Shown here in pieces: positions 1 to 9,710 of a stretch of DNA of 64,000 nucleotides. This DNA comes from a bacterium (GTDB lineage: Bacteria; UBA8248; JACPRG01; G963555815). The stretch lies in NCBI GenBank assembly GCA_965261595.1, contig CBDHDG010000006.1:480001-544000 (forward strand), in the 5' to 3' direction. A program made the position numbers and the translations under genes. The notes under the pieces were generated by a model. That model was not told the DNA's origin and did no database searches. It saw nothing but the letters and a program-made list of their open reading frames with translations. Numbering within the stretch: position 1 is the stretch's first letter; every line of letters begins with the position of its first letter.

Positions 1-183
1 ATGTTCGCGGACGCGGAGGGGTCGTTCGAGGTCGAAGTCCCCCTGAACGACGAGCGCTACACCTTCACCAAGACCACCGCCATCTGGATCCCCGCCGGGG
101 TGGATCACAACGTCAAGTACAACCGCATCGACGCCCCGATGATGGAGACGGGCATCGTCCTTGGACAGGGCCATTACAGTTGA
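1..183 (+). CDS. Partial (5'-truncated by window) cupin-like protein C-terminus
   Basis: IWIPAGVDH resembles cupin motif 2; N-terminus lies outside the window. Confidence 0.45.
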   Translation: MFADAEGSFEVEVPLNDERYTFTKTTAIWIPAGVDHNVKYNRIDAPMMETGIVLGQGHYS

Positions 184-256
184 CCGACATTTGCCCCCGA
201 CCCTTGGGTTTCAAAGGGTGTGGGGCAAACGGATCGGGTCCGGAGGCCCGAGGGCG

Positions 257-1366
257 TCAGGCCACACGCACGATGGCGGCCACGGTCCCCCCGCCGGGCG
301 GCCCCTGGTGCTCCGCGCCGCCGGAAACGTAGACCATCGAGTCTCCCACAATCGAGGAGATGACGGCGTTGACGGCGGCCCGCGCGTGGCGGGTGCTGTT
401 GATGTCGGAGTCGTCCAGCATGGTGTGCCGGCGGCCGCGGATTCGGCCGTCCGGGCTGGCCTCGCACTTGGCCAGGATGTTGACGACGCGCTCCCGTTGC
501 TCGGGCGACGGGCGCCAGTCGAAAGAGATTCCGGCGTTCTCCAGCGCGGCCTTCACCGCGTCGCCGTCGATGGCGTCCCGCATGACGCTGTGGCCGATGA
601 CGAGGTCCCCGCCCCACGAGGCGCTGTTGCCCAGCACCATGATCTCGTTGCACAGGAGCTCGATGCCCGAGGAGGTGGAGGCCACGCCCGATGAAAGGGA
701 CCAATCGCGGCCGATCACCTCGTCGCTCAACCGCCCTTCCGAGATTTCGCCCGTCACAAGGCCGACGCCCAGGGCCGAAGCGGCGCGCGAATACCCCATG
801 GATTTGTACGTGTTGTCCGAGCAAACGGTCTTTCCCCGCCGCGCGGCCTCCTCGGCCTGGTCCGTGCTGATCAAGGGGGTTTTGACCTGGACGAAATGGA
901 GGTCTCCGGCGCCCTCGATCCCCGCCTCCCCCATCAGGCGGCGCACCACGGCGGCCGTCTCGCGCACCTGCGCCATGCGGCCCATCTCCTCCGGGAGGAA
1001 ATCGCGCGTATGCCCGGAGGCCATGGCCAGGCGTTTTTCGCCGTTGCCCCCCCCCTCCCCCCCTTCCGGCGACTTGGCGAAAACGGTGAAATGCGGACTC
1101 ATGACCCCTTCGGTTCCGCCCGACATGATCAGGGCGATCCGCTCGCCGGTTTCTTCGCGCGAGATCCCGAGACACCGGCCGAAATAATCCGCCAGAACGA
1201 AATTGCTGAACCCGCGCGCGAAATCGTTGACGCAGCCGTTCCCCTCGGTCTTTCCCATGATGCAGACAACGTCCTCCGCCCCGCACCGGCCGCTGTCGAT
1301 CAGCTCGACGACTCCGCTGATGTCGTCCGGGGACGCCATCGGCACGCGAAAAACCTGTGCCTGCAT
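257..1366 (-). CDS. atzD: Cyanuric acid amidohydrolase (AtzD/barbiturase ring-opening amidohydrolase family)
   Basis: Motifs [55 protein letters not shown]. Confidence 0.9.
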   Translation of the reverse strand: MQAQVFRVPMASPDDISGVVELIDSGRCGAEDVVCIMGKTEGNGCVNDFARGFSNFVLADYFGRCLGISREETGERIALIMSGGTEGVMSPHFTVFAKSPEGGEGGGNGEKRLAMASGHTRDFLPEEMGRMAQVRETAAVVRRLMGEAGIEGAGDLHFVQVKTPLISTDQAEEAARRGKTVCSDNTYKSMGYSRAASALGVGLVTGEISEGRLSDEVIGRDWSLSSGVASTSSGIELLCNEIMVLGNSASWGGDLVIGHSVMRDAIDGDAVKAALENAGISFDWRPSPEQRERVVNILAKCEASPDGRIRGRRHTMLDDSDINSTRHARAAVNAVISSIVGDSMVYVSGGAEHQGPPGGGTVAAIVRVA

Positions 1367-1450
1367 ACCTTCGCTCTCCTTTTCCGTCGGGTAAAAAGGC
1401 CCCGGAAAGGCCCGGGCGCGCTCACATCGGATGGGACGCGGCGGTTGATC

Positions 1451-1852
1451 TCAGATTTCGACGCCGGACACCTTTTCCGTCCGGCCGAAGTCGGCCTGGT
1501 CCGCCTTGGGGACAAAATAGCTGATCTGCGTCGTGGGCTCCGACCCCCGGTTGGCCACGCCGTGAACCGCGCCGCTCTCGACGATGAGGGTCTCCCCCGG
1601 CCGGCACACGGACCGCCGCCCGCCGACGAGGGCGTGCACCTCGCCGTGGATAAAGTGAATCACCTCGGCGGTGTCATGAAAATGGGGCAGGACGGCCGCG
1701 CCGGGCTCTATCTTTTCGAAGAGGATTCGCCACAGCTTCAAGCCCAGCGACCCGGCTTCCTCCCGCGACAGGAGCTCCTTCACATTGACGTTCGGATTCC
1801 CGGGCAGCGGAGTCCACGGCAAATCATCAAACCGCCTGATCATCGATTCCAC
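1451..1852 (-). CDS. Cupin domain protein
   Basis: PHFHDTAEVIHFIHG and GETLIVESGAVHG cupin motifs; GTG start at 1852 chosen from the purine-rich RBS at 1859-1870. Confidence 0.8.
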   Translation of the reverse strand: MESMIRRFDDLPWTPLPGNPNVNVKELLSREEAGSLGLKLWRILFEKIEPGAAVLPHFHDTAEVIHFIHGEVHALVGGRRSVCRPGETLIVESGAVHGVANRGSEPTTQISYFVPKADQADFGRTEKVSGVEI

Positions 1853-2039
1853 GAGGCCACCTTTTCTCCCTTTCCAAGCCGGCCGCGAACCGGAAATCCG
1901 CGGACAGAGCCACCCTTTTCCCGGGATCCCCCCTCTCGTCTCCTTCGAATCCATCCCCGTCGTCATCGAAAGGGCCGAATCAGAATAACAAATCGGACCG
2001 CGGGAAAGAACCCGCCTGGAACCGATTTTCATTCCGTGT

Positions 2040-2068
2040 TTAGCGTGGCGCCTCCTTTCGGTTATACT
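2040..2068 (+). promoter_or_regulatory. Candidate sigma70 promoter for the 2253-9116 operon
   Basis: TTAGCG-N17-TATACT in the divergent intergenic region. Confidence 0.35.
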
Positions 2069-2252
2069 AGAGGCTGAAATTTCCAGTCAGGGTTTACAGG
2101 AGGAGAAGTCACTCAGGCGCCGCCGACGCCTTGAGCCGGCCGATGATTCAGCCCATATCCCGTGATGGAAGCAAACGTTCTCATCGCCATGGAAGTCAGA
2201 CTTTTCGAATAAGGGTATCCGTCCGTGCCGACCTCTCGAAAAGGAGCGTCTC

Positions 2253-3659
2253 ATGTTCTTCGAACAAGTCGTACGCCTGGAAACCGGCTGCGTCTCCTAT
2301 GTATGCGGTTGTCCCGGGGGCGGTGAGTGCGCGGTGATCGACCCGCTCTGGGACCCGGCGCCGTACGCACGCATCGCCCAATCTCAAGGCGTATCCATCC
2401 GATACGTCATCGACACCCATTCCCACGCAGACCACGTCTCCGGAGCCCGGCGGCTCGCGCGGCTCACGGGCGCCGAGCTTATCCTTCACGAACTGGCCGA
2501 AATCGAGTATCCCGCACAGCGCGTCAAAGACGGCGACACATTCCGGATGGGATCCGTCCGGATGGAGATCCTCCATACGCCGGGCCACCGGCCGGAGCAC
2601 ATCATCGTCGCCATCACCGATCTCAGCCGCACGCCCGAGCCCTGGATGATCTGCACGGGCGATTTCGTTCTCGTCGGCGACATCGCTCGGCCCGATCTGG
2701 CCCAATCCGCCGCGGAGGGCGCGGGGGAGCTGTTCGACAAGGCCCTGCCCCGCGTCGCCGGGCTGCCCGACCACGTCGAGGTCTACCCGGGCCACGTGGG
2801 GGGCTCGACGTGAGGACGCTCGCTCAGCGGCAAGTTTGCCACCACACTCGGATTTGAGCGCCGCCACAACGCGGCCTTCCAAATGAAGAAACGCGACGAC
2901 TTTATCCGCCACATGTCCGAGGGACTGCCCGATCGGCCGGCGAATATCGCGCGGATCGTCGCCAACAACCAGGGAACCCTCCCCCTGACCCTGGAGGCGC
3001 CCGAGGCCCGGCCGGTTCCGCCGTCGGAGGCGTCGCGGTGGATGGAGGAGGACCCGGCGATCCGGATGATCGACATGCGCGAACCCGCCGGCTTCGGCGA
3101 GGCCCACGTCCCCGGGGCGGGAAACCTCCCGATCTCCAGCGCCGAGTTCGAGCAGCGGGCCGGGTGGGTCTTCGACCCCGACACCCCGTTCCTCCTTCTC
3201 GGCGAAAACGACCGCGACGCCCGGCGAGCATCGCACAAGTTGGCCTTTGTGGGACTGGACAGCAACGTTCGGGGATTCATCCCGGGCGGAATGCCGGCTT
3301 GGCGCGACGCGGGACTTCCCTCCGCGTCCCTTGACCAGATCTCCGTCGAGGGGCTTCATGAGCACCTGCGCGGTGACGCCGGGAACGGCTGGAATATCGT
3401 CGACGTGCGAGAGGACGAGGAGTGGACGGAAGGGCACATCGAGGGGGCCCACCACATGAATTTCAAGAAGATGGGCAAAGCGGATCTTGACCTGCCTTTC
3501 CCCCGCGGGGAGACCCTGGCCGTCATCTGCGGCGGGGGGATACGCAGCAGCACCGGCGCAAGCCTTCTTCAGGGACACGGCTACTCCGGCGTGATCAACG
3601 TCGTGGGCGGCATGAGCGCGTGGCGCGCCGCCGACTACGAGGTCGCCACGGAGAATTGA
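2253..3659 (+). CDS. Persulfide dioxygenase (MBL fold)-rhodanese-rhodanese fusion, CstB-like; predicted selenoprotein (TGA 2811-2813 = Sec187), 468 aa
   Basis: ORFs 2253-2813 and 2883-3659 are in the same frame with one stop between them. Reads PGHVGGST-U-GRSLS, matching the family motif PGHGAGSxCG. Also HSHADH, HTPGH, TGD, and C-terminal rhodanese ICGGGIRS. Confidence 0.88.
2814..2843 (+). promoter_or_regulatory. Putative bacterial SECIS element
   Basis: Hairpin GGCAA-GT-TTGCC (2829-2840) with apical GT 21-22 nt after TGA, similar in shape and spacing to the E. coli fdhF SECIS (GCAG-GT-CTGC). Confidence 0.65.
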
Positions 3660-3750
3660 GGACACCGGGACCGGCCCGCGGTTCGAAAGCAATCCATTGA
3701 CGCGAAGAGGGCCAGGGCGGACAGTCCGCCGCGCCCACAGGGAGTGATTT

Positions 3751-5307
3751 GTGGTCACCTATGGATTCGTCATCGACAACCGGAAGTGCATCGGGTGCCA
3801 CGCCTGCACGGTCGCCTGCAAGGCCGAGAACGAGGTCCCCATCGGGGTGAACCGGACTTGGGTCAAGTACATCGAGAAGGGGGAGTTTCCCCTCACCCAG
3901 CGGAAGTTCTCCGTCATGCGGTGCAACCACTGCGCCGACGCCCCCTGTGTGGAAATCTGCCCGGTGACCGCCCTCTACACCCGGCCCGACGGAATCGTGG
4001 ACTTCGACAGCCAGCGGTGCATCGGCTGCAAGGCGTGCATGCAGGCGTGTCCCTACGACGCCATTTACATCGACCCGAACGATCAGACCGCCGCGAAATG
4101 CAATTATTGCTCCCACCGGACGGACGTCGGCCTCGCGCCCCCCTGTGTCACCGTCTGTCCCACGCACGCCATCATCTGCGGCGACCTGGAGGACCCGGGA
4201 AGCGAGATCGCGGGCCTCGTGAACCGCGAGGCGGTCCAGGTCCGAAAACCCGAGAAAGGGACGGACCCGAAGCTTTTCTACATCGAAGGGGACGCCGCTT
4301 CTCTCGACCCTACAGCGGCCTCTCCCGCGGACAGCTATATGTGGAGCCAGGGCGGGGGGGGCGGGGGGGAGACGCTCGAAACGCCCCGCGCCCTTTCCGG
4401 GGGGGGGGCGGCCGGTCCAGACCCCGCAAGCGGACTCGCCGGGCGTCTGGGGACCCTCGCCCGGCGCGTCTACGATGCGCCCCGTGAACAGATGGTCTGG
4501 GGGTGGAAGGTTTCTTTATACATCCTGACGAAGGCCGTCGCGGCCGGGGCGTTCGCCATCCCGCTGTTGGCCTTCGGCCCCGGCCGGCCGCCCGGCCCGA
4601 TGGGGTGGACGGGCGCCCTGCTCGGCCTCATCTTCCTCGGGCTGACCGGTCTCCTTCTCATCCAGGATCTTCGCCGGATGGACCGCTTTCTCTACATTTT
4701 CCTTCGCCCCCAGTGGAAGTCGTGGCTGGTCAAAGGGGGGTTTGTGTTGTTCGGGTTCGGCGGGGTGATCGGCCTGTGGCTCATCAGCGGAATCCTGGGA
4801 GGACGCGCCTTCCAGTCCGCTTTGACCTGGCCGGGGGTCGCCCTGTCTTTTCTGGCGGCCGTATACACGGCCTTCCTGTTCGCGCAGGCCAAAGGGCGGG
4901 ATTTCTGGCAGAGCCCGCTCCTATCGGTCCACATGCTCCTCCACGCGGTTTTGGCCGGGGGGGCGGCGTTGCTCCTGTTCAGCCCGTTCTTTCCGGCGGC
5001 GGCCGGCGACCGGTTGAAGGAGATCCTCCTGGGGGGGCTCGGGGTGAGCTTCCTGGCTTTCATGGGGGAGCTTTTCTTCCCCCACCCGACAAAAGACGCG
5101 CGCGCCGCGGCCCAAATGATCCTGCGCGGTCCCGGCGCGCTCCTGTTTTGGGGAGGCGTCGTGGCCCTGGGTCACGCCGCGGCCGCCGGCCTGCTGCTCT
5201 CGGGAATCGGCGGCCTCGAAGTCCTCAGCGCTCCCTTGATCCTGGGCGGGGTCTTCGCCGCCGCCCACCTCTGGGTGACCATTCCGCAGCGGATCCCGCT
5301 GAGTTGA
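3751..5307 (+). CDS. Fused 4Fe-4S subunit (NrfC/PsrB/DmsB-like) + NrfD/PsrC membrane anchor
   Basis: CIGCHACTVAC, CNHCADAPCVEICP, CIGCKACMQACP, KCNYC...PCVTVCP, then a Gly-rich linker and a multi-TM domain with DLRRMDRF and SWLVKGG motifs. Confidence 0.9.
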   Translation: MVTYGFVIDNRKCIGCHACTVACKAENEVPIGVNRTWVKYIEKGEFPLTQRKFSVMRCNHCADAPCVEICPVTALYTRPDGIVDFDSQRCIGCKACMQACPYDAIYIDPNDQTAAKCNYCSHRTDVGLAPPCVTVCPTHAIICGDLEDPGSEIAGLVNREAVQVRKPEKGTDPKLFYIEGDAASLDPTAASPADSYMWSQGGGGGGETLETPRALSGGGAAGPDPASGLAGRLGTLARRVYDAPREQMVWGWKVSLYILTKAVAAGAFAIPLLAFGPGRPPGPMGWTGALLGLIFLGLTGLLLIQDLRRMDRFLYIFLRPQWKSWLVKGGFVLFGFGGVIGLWLISGILGGRAFQSALTWPGVALSFLAAVYTAFLFAQAKGRDFWQSPLLSVHMLLHAVLAGGAALLLFSPFFPAAAGDRLKEILLGGLGVSFLAFMGELFFPHPTKDARAAAQMILRGPGALLFWGGVVALGHAAAAGLLLSGIGGLEVLSAPLILGGVFAAAHLWVTIPQRIPLS

Positions 5308-5317
5308 GGAGCGCCGA

Positions 5318-8206
5318 ATGAGCCACCAACCGAAACCCGGCTGGATCGAGCGAACGGCGGAGAGCCTCGGATGGATCCAACGGCTGGACCCGCCGCCCGC
5401 TCCCCGGGAAAAACGCCTGGCGCCGGAGGGGAAATTCGAGCAATATCCGCCCACCGACCGCTGGGGGGACTGGGCCGACCCGGTTCCGCCGGGCACCGAA
5501 GCGGACGCCTCGCGTGAGTGCGTCCTCATTCCCACCACCTGCTTCAACTGCGAAGCGGCCTGCGGCCTGCTCGCCTACGTGGACAAGGAGCGCCTGGAGG
5601 TCCGGAAGTTCGAGGGCAATCCCCTCCACCCGGGAAGCCGGGGGCGGAACTGCGCCAAGGGGCCGGCCACGATCAATCAGATTCGGGACCCCGATCGCAT
5701 CCTGCACCCCCTGAAGCGGGTGGGGCCGCGCGGCGGCGGCCGGTGGGAGCGGGTCGGGTGGGACGCGGTCCTGGACGACCTGGCCGCCCGCATCCGCGAA
5801 AGCCTCACCGGGGGAAAACCGGAGGAGGTGATGTATCACGTCGGCAGACCCGGCTACGAGGGATCCGTCGAGCGGGTCCTCAAGGCGTGGGGCATCGACG
5901 GCCACAACAGCCACACTAACGTCTGCTCGGCGGCCGCCCGTCTCGGTTATCACCTCTGGCAGGGGTCCGACCGTCCTTCCCCGGACCATCAACGGTCCCG
6001 CTTCATCCTCCTCATGAGCTCTCACCTGGAGGCGGGCCACTATTTCAACCCGCACGCCCAGCGCATCATCGAGGGCAAGCTGGCCGGCGCCAAACTGGCG
6101 GTCATCGACCCCCGGCTGTCGAATACGGCCGCCCGGGCGGATACCTGGCTCGCGCCTTATCCCGGGACCGAGGGGGCCCTTCTGCTGGCCATGGCCCATG
6201 TCCTCCTGGAAGAAGACCTCTTCGACCGGGCGTACGTGGAGACCTGGGTCAACTGGGAGGAGTATCTGAGGGAGGAGGCGGGCCTGTCCGGGGCCTCCTT
6301 TGATGTCTTTCTCTCAGAAATCAAAGAGGTCTACGCGGCGTACACGCCCGAATTCGCCGAAGCGGAGAGCGGCGTCCCGGCCGCGACGATCCGGAAGTTG
6401 GCCCGGGAGATCGGCCGGGCGGGGTCCGCCTTCGCGACCCACATCTGGCGGGGGGCCGCTTCGGGCCATCTGGGGGGGTGGCAGATCGCCCGCGCCCTTC
6501 ATTTCCTGAGCGTCCTGACCGGCAGCGTAGGGACCCCCGGGGGGACCGCGCCGGCGTCCTGGAACAAAACGAAACCGGCGCCCTTCGACACACCCCCCGC
6601 CGTCAAGTTCTGGAACGAGCTGATCTACCCGAGGGAATACCCCCTCTCGCATTATGAGATGAGCTTCCTCCTCCCCCACTTCCTGAAGGAGGACCGGGGA
6701 AAGCTCAGCGTATACTTCACCCGGGTCTACAACCCCATCTGGACCAACCCCGACGGCTTCACGTGGCTCGAAGTCCTCAAAGACGAGGAGAAGATCGGTC
6801 TGCACGCCGCAATGACGCCGACCTGGAACGAATCGGCCCTGTTCGCCGACTACGTCCTGCCCATGGGGCTCGCGGGCGAGCGTCACGACGTCCAGAGCCA
6901 GGAAACCCATTCGGGGATCTGGGTCTCGTTCCGCCAACCCGTCCTGCGGGTGGCGATGGAGCGGATGGGCAAACCCGTCCAGTGGACCTACGAGGCCAAC
7001 CCGGGGGAGGTGTGGGAAGAGGATGAGTTCTGGATCGAGCTCTCCTGGCGGATCGATCCGGATGGGGATCTCGGCATCCGGCGTCATTTCGAATCCCCCT
7101 ACCGGCCGGGGGAGAAGGTCACGGTCGAGGAATACTACCGCTGGATGTTCGAGAACAGCGTGCCGGGACTCCCGGAGAAGGTGGCCGAAGAGGGCCTCAC
7201 CCCCATCGAGTACATGAAAAAGTACGGGTCCTTCGAGATCCAAAAGGACATTTTCCAAAAGTACACCCGGCGGCTTCCGGCCGAAGAGATGGAGGGCGCG
7301 TCCATCGATCCCCGGACCCGCGTGGCTTCCAGAGACGGCCGGCCGATCGGCGTGGAGATCGCCGGGCGGGTCCTCGAGGGATTTCCGACCCCCTCGCGAA
7401 AACTGGAGTTCTATTCCTCCACGCTGAAGGATTGGGGCTGGCCCGAGCACGCCCTGCCCGGATACGTCTTCAGCCACATCCGTGAAGAAGACATGGGCCC
7501 GGGGGAGCTCATCCTCCTGCCGACCTTCCGCCTGCCCACGCTCATCCACACCCGGTCGGCCAACGCCAAGTGGCTGCTTGAGATCTCCCACCGGAACCCG
7601 GTCTGGATGCATCCGAAGGACTGCGGCCCGTTCGGGCTGAAGACGGGGGACCTGGTCAAGGTCCACACCGAGATCGGGTATTTCGTCAATCGCGTCTGGG
7701 TCACCGAGTCCATCCGGCCGGGGGTGATCGCCTGCTCCCACCACGCGGGCCGGTGGCGGCTGGACGAAAACGAGGGGGGAGGGGGGCGGATGGGCGCCGC
7801 CCTGGTCCGCCTGGAAGAACGGGAGAAGGGCCAATGGCTCCTCCGCCAGATTCACGGCATCAGGCCCTATGAAAGCGAGGACCCGGACACCGCCCGGATC
7901 TGGTGGCAGGACCCCGGCGTCCATCAGAACGCGGCCTTTCCCGTTCACCCGGACCCCGTGAGCGGGATGCACTGCTGGCATCAGAAGGTCCGCATCGAGA
8001 AGGCCGGCCCCGATGACCGGTACGGAGACGTCTTCGCGGACACCCGGAAGTCCTTTGAGATTTACCGCGAGTGGCTTCAGAAGACCCGTCCGGCGCCCGG
8101 CCCCGGCGGATTGAGACGTCCCCTCTGGCTGAATCGTCCCATTCCCTGCGAGCGGGACGCCTACCAATTGACCCCGGAACCGCCGGTGGACGGCCCCCAG
8201 GCGTGA
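5318..8206 (+). CDS. Molybdopterin (bis-PGD) oxidoreductase catalytic subunit, Psr/Phs/Sre/Soe-like, no Tat signal
   Basis: CFNCEAAC...NCAKG 4Fe-4S motif, SHTNVCS (Cys Mo ligand), ADYVLP, HTRS, C-terminal dinucleotide-binding domain; no RRxFLK at the N-terminus. Confidence 0.9.
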   Translation: MSHQPKPGWIERTAESLGWIQRLDPPPAPREKRLAPEGKFEQYPPTDRWGDWADPVPPGTEADASRECVLIPTTCFNCEAACGLLAYVDKERLEVRKFEGNPLHPGSRGRNCAKGPATINQIRDPDRILHPLKRVGPRGGGRWERVGWDAVLDDLAARIRESLTGGKPEEVMYHVGRPGYEGSVERVLKAWGIDGHNSHTNVCSAAARLGYHLWQGSDRPSPDHQRSRFILLMSSHLEAGHYFNPHAQRIIEGKLAGAKLAVIDPRLSNTAARADTWLAPYPGTEGALLLAMAHVLLEEDLFDRAYVETWVNWEEYLREEAGLSGASFDVFLSEIKEVYAAYTPEFAEAESGVPAATIRKLAREIGRAGSAFATHIWRGAASGHLGGWQIARALHFLSVLTGSVGTPGGTAPASWNKTKPAPFDTPPAVKFWNELIYPREYPLSHYEMSFLLPHFLKEDRGKLSVYFTRVYNPIWTNPDGFTWLEVLKDEEKIGLHAAMTPTWNESALFADYVLPMGLAGERHDVQSQETHSGIWVSFRQPVLRVAMERMGKPVQWTYEANPGEVWEEDEFWIELSWRIDPDGDLGIRRHFESPYRPGEKVTVEEYYRWMFENSVPGLPEKVAEEGLTPIEYMKKYGSFEIQKDIFQKYTRRLPAEEMEGASIDPRTRVASRDGRPIGVEIAGRVLEGFPTPSRKLEFYSSTLKDWGWPEHALPGYVFSHIREEDMGPGELILLPTFRLPTLIHTRSANAKWLLEISHRNPVWMHPKDCGPFGLKTGDLVKVHTEIGYFVNRVWVTESIRPGVIACSHHAGRWRLDENEGGGGRMGAALVRLEEREKGQWLLRQIHGIRPYESEDPDTARIWWQDPGVHQNAAFPVHPDPVSGMHCWHQKVRIEKAGPDDRYGDVFADTRKSFEIYREWLQKTRPAPGPGGLRRPLWLNRPIPCERDAYQLTPEPPVDGPQA

Positions 8207-8300
8207 GCGTCTTCGCCGGCCCGCCATGGCCCGGATGGAAGGCCCGCCCGCCCCGCCCCGCCCGACCAATCGCGGCGGGAACGGTTTGCGCGCAAGCTGA

Positions 8301-9116
8301 ATGGAAATGCTCTGGATCTATCTCCTGATCGGTCTCATTACGGGCTTTTGCTCCGGTCTGATCGGCGTGGGCGGGGGGTTTATTCTGATCCCGCTCCTCC
8401 TGCTCGCCCGCGTCCCCATGGAAGTGGCCGTCAGCACCAGCCTGGTTTTCGTCCTGTTCAGCGCGGCCTCCGGGGCGTTGCGACACGGGTTTCAAGGGAC
8501 GGTGGACCGGCGTCTGGCCGGGTCGGTCGCCCCGGTTTCGGTCCTGACCGCCTTCGCCGGCTCCCTGTTGACCGTCCGGTTCCCCACCTCCGTGCTTCAG
8601 TCGCTCCTGGGCATCTGCGTCCTGGCCGGTCTTTATCTCCTGAATCGCAAGGCCCGCCTCCAGGTGGAGCTCACCGCGACGGACCTGCCGGGCCGCTGGA
8701 CCTACGACCGGACGGTCGAGTGGGGGGAGGAATCCATTCACTATCGCCTGGACTTGAAGAAGGCGGCGGGGGTCGGCGGCGTGGTGGGTTTTCTGGCCGG
8801 CCTGTTGGGCGTCGGCGGGGGGTTCTTGATAATCCCCGCCTTCGTCGGCCTGATGGGCATCCCCCTGCGCGTCGCCATCGGAACCTCCCTCCTCACCATC
8901 CTGGCGTCCGCCTTCGTGGGGACTGTGATGCACTGGGGACAAGGAAGCATGGACCTCACCGTGGTCTGGACGACGATCCTGACCGGGATGATCGGGGCGC
9001 AGCTCGGAGCCCTCTGCGTGCCGAAAATGCAAGAGGCGGGGATGAAAATCCTGATGAACGTCCTGCTGGGACTCTCGGCGGCTTATCTATTCGTTCTGGC
9101 GGGAATCGGACTTTGA
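8301..9116 (+). CDS. Sulfite exporter TauE/SafE family
   Basis: Two GxxSGLxGVGGG repeats, AIGTSL, multiple TM helices. Confidence 0.9.
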   Translation: MEMLWIYLLIGLITGFCSGLIGVGGGFILIPLLLLARVPMEVAVSTSLVFVLFSAASGALRHGFQGTVDRRLAGSVAPVSVLTAFAGSLLTVRFPTSVLQSLLGICVLAGLYLLNRKARLQVELTATDLPGRWTYDRTVEWGEESIHYRLDLKKAAGVGGVVGFLAGLLGVGGGFLIIPAFVGLMGIPLRVAIGTSLLTILASAFVGTVMHWGQGSMDLTVVWTTILTGMIGAQLGALCVPKMQEAGMKILMNVLLGLSAAYLFVLAGIGL

Positions 9117-9200
9117 GTCCGCACGGTCTGGGAAAAAATACTGGACAGAAAAACGGCGACCCCCGAGCGGGGCCGCCGGCCACATCGGAATCCCTCCGTC

Positions 9201-9440
9201 TTACAGCGTGGCGTGCGTTCCGTCACACAGGGGTTTGTTCCCCGACTGCTTGCAGCCGCAGAATCCATACGTTTCACCCGCCTTCACTGAGTGGGTCATC
9301 GGCCGGAACGGGGTTTCCTTGTGGGAGCCGTCACAGAAGGGCTGGTTGCTGCTATGCCCACAAGCGCACCAATGAACCTCACCGTCTTTCTCGGCGGTGT
9401 GCTTGTAAGATCCTTTTTGAGCGATATTCGGCTTTTCCAT
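9201..9440 (-). CDS. CDGSH iron-sulfur domain protein (two motifs)
   Basis: WCACGHSSNQPFCDGSH and FCGCKQSGNKPLCDGTH. Confidence 0.92.
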   Translation of the reverse strand: MEKPNIAQKGSYKHTAEKDGEVHWCACGHSSNQPFCDGSHKETPFRPMTHSVKAGETYGFCGCKQSGNKPLCDGTHATL

Positions 9441-9710
9441 GAAAGGTGGTCTCCTTTTTGCTCATACACGGTCCCGGGGTGCACATAGGCCCCCGAAAAG
9501 ATGATGGACACGACTGCCGTCCGGGCAATCATATATGATGGGGTGCTCGGCGCACAACCGCCGAACTCACCGACACGGACCGGAAATTGGTGAAACGTCA
9601 AGCTTTCCGGCATTTTCCATTGTTGAAACACCTTAAGAACGCGCTTTTGCGGGGCCTCCCAGTCGGCCGGATAAGTCCGGCCGCCCTGGAATCTTCCGTC
9701 TCGCCCGACC

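Noticed and set aside
4350..4410. Phase variation at G runs in the NrfC-NrfD linker
   Set aside because: The frame is intact and such runs are common throughout the window; no evidence of switching.
5905..5930. Sec at the Mo ligand of the oxidoreductase
   Set aside because: The codon in HTNVCS is TGC and the ORF is uninterrupted.
9528..9539. Palindrome ATCATATATGAT as an operator
   Set aside because: Single copy noticed and no regulator in the window; cannot be supported.
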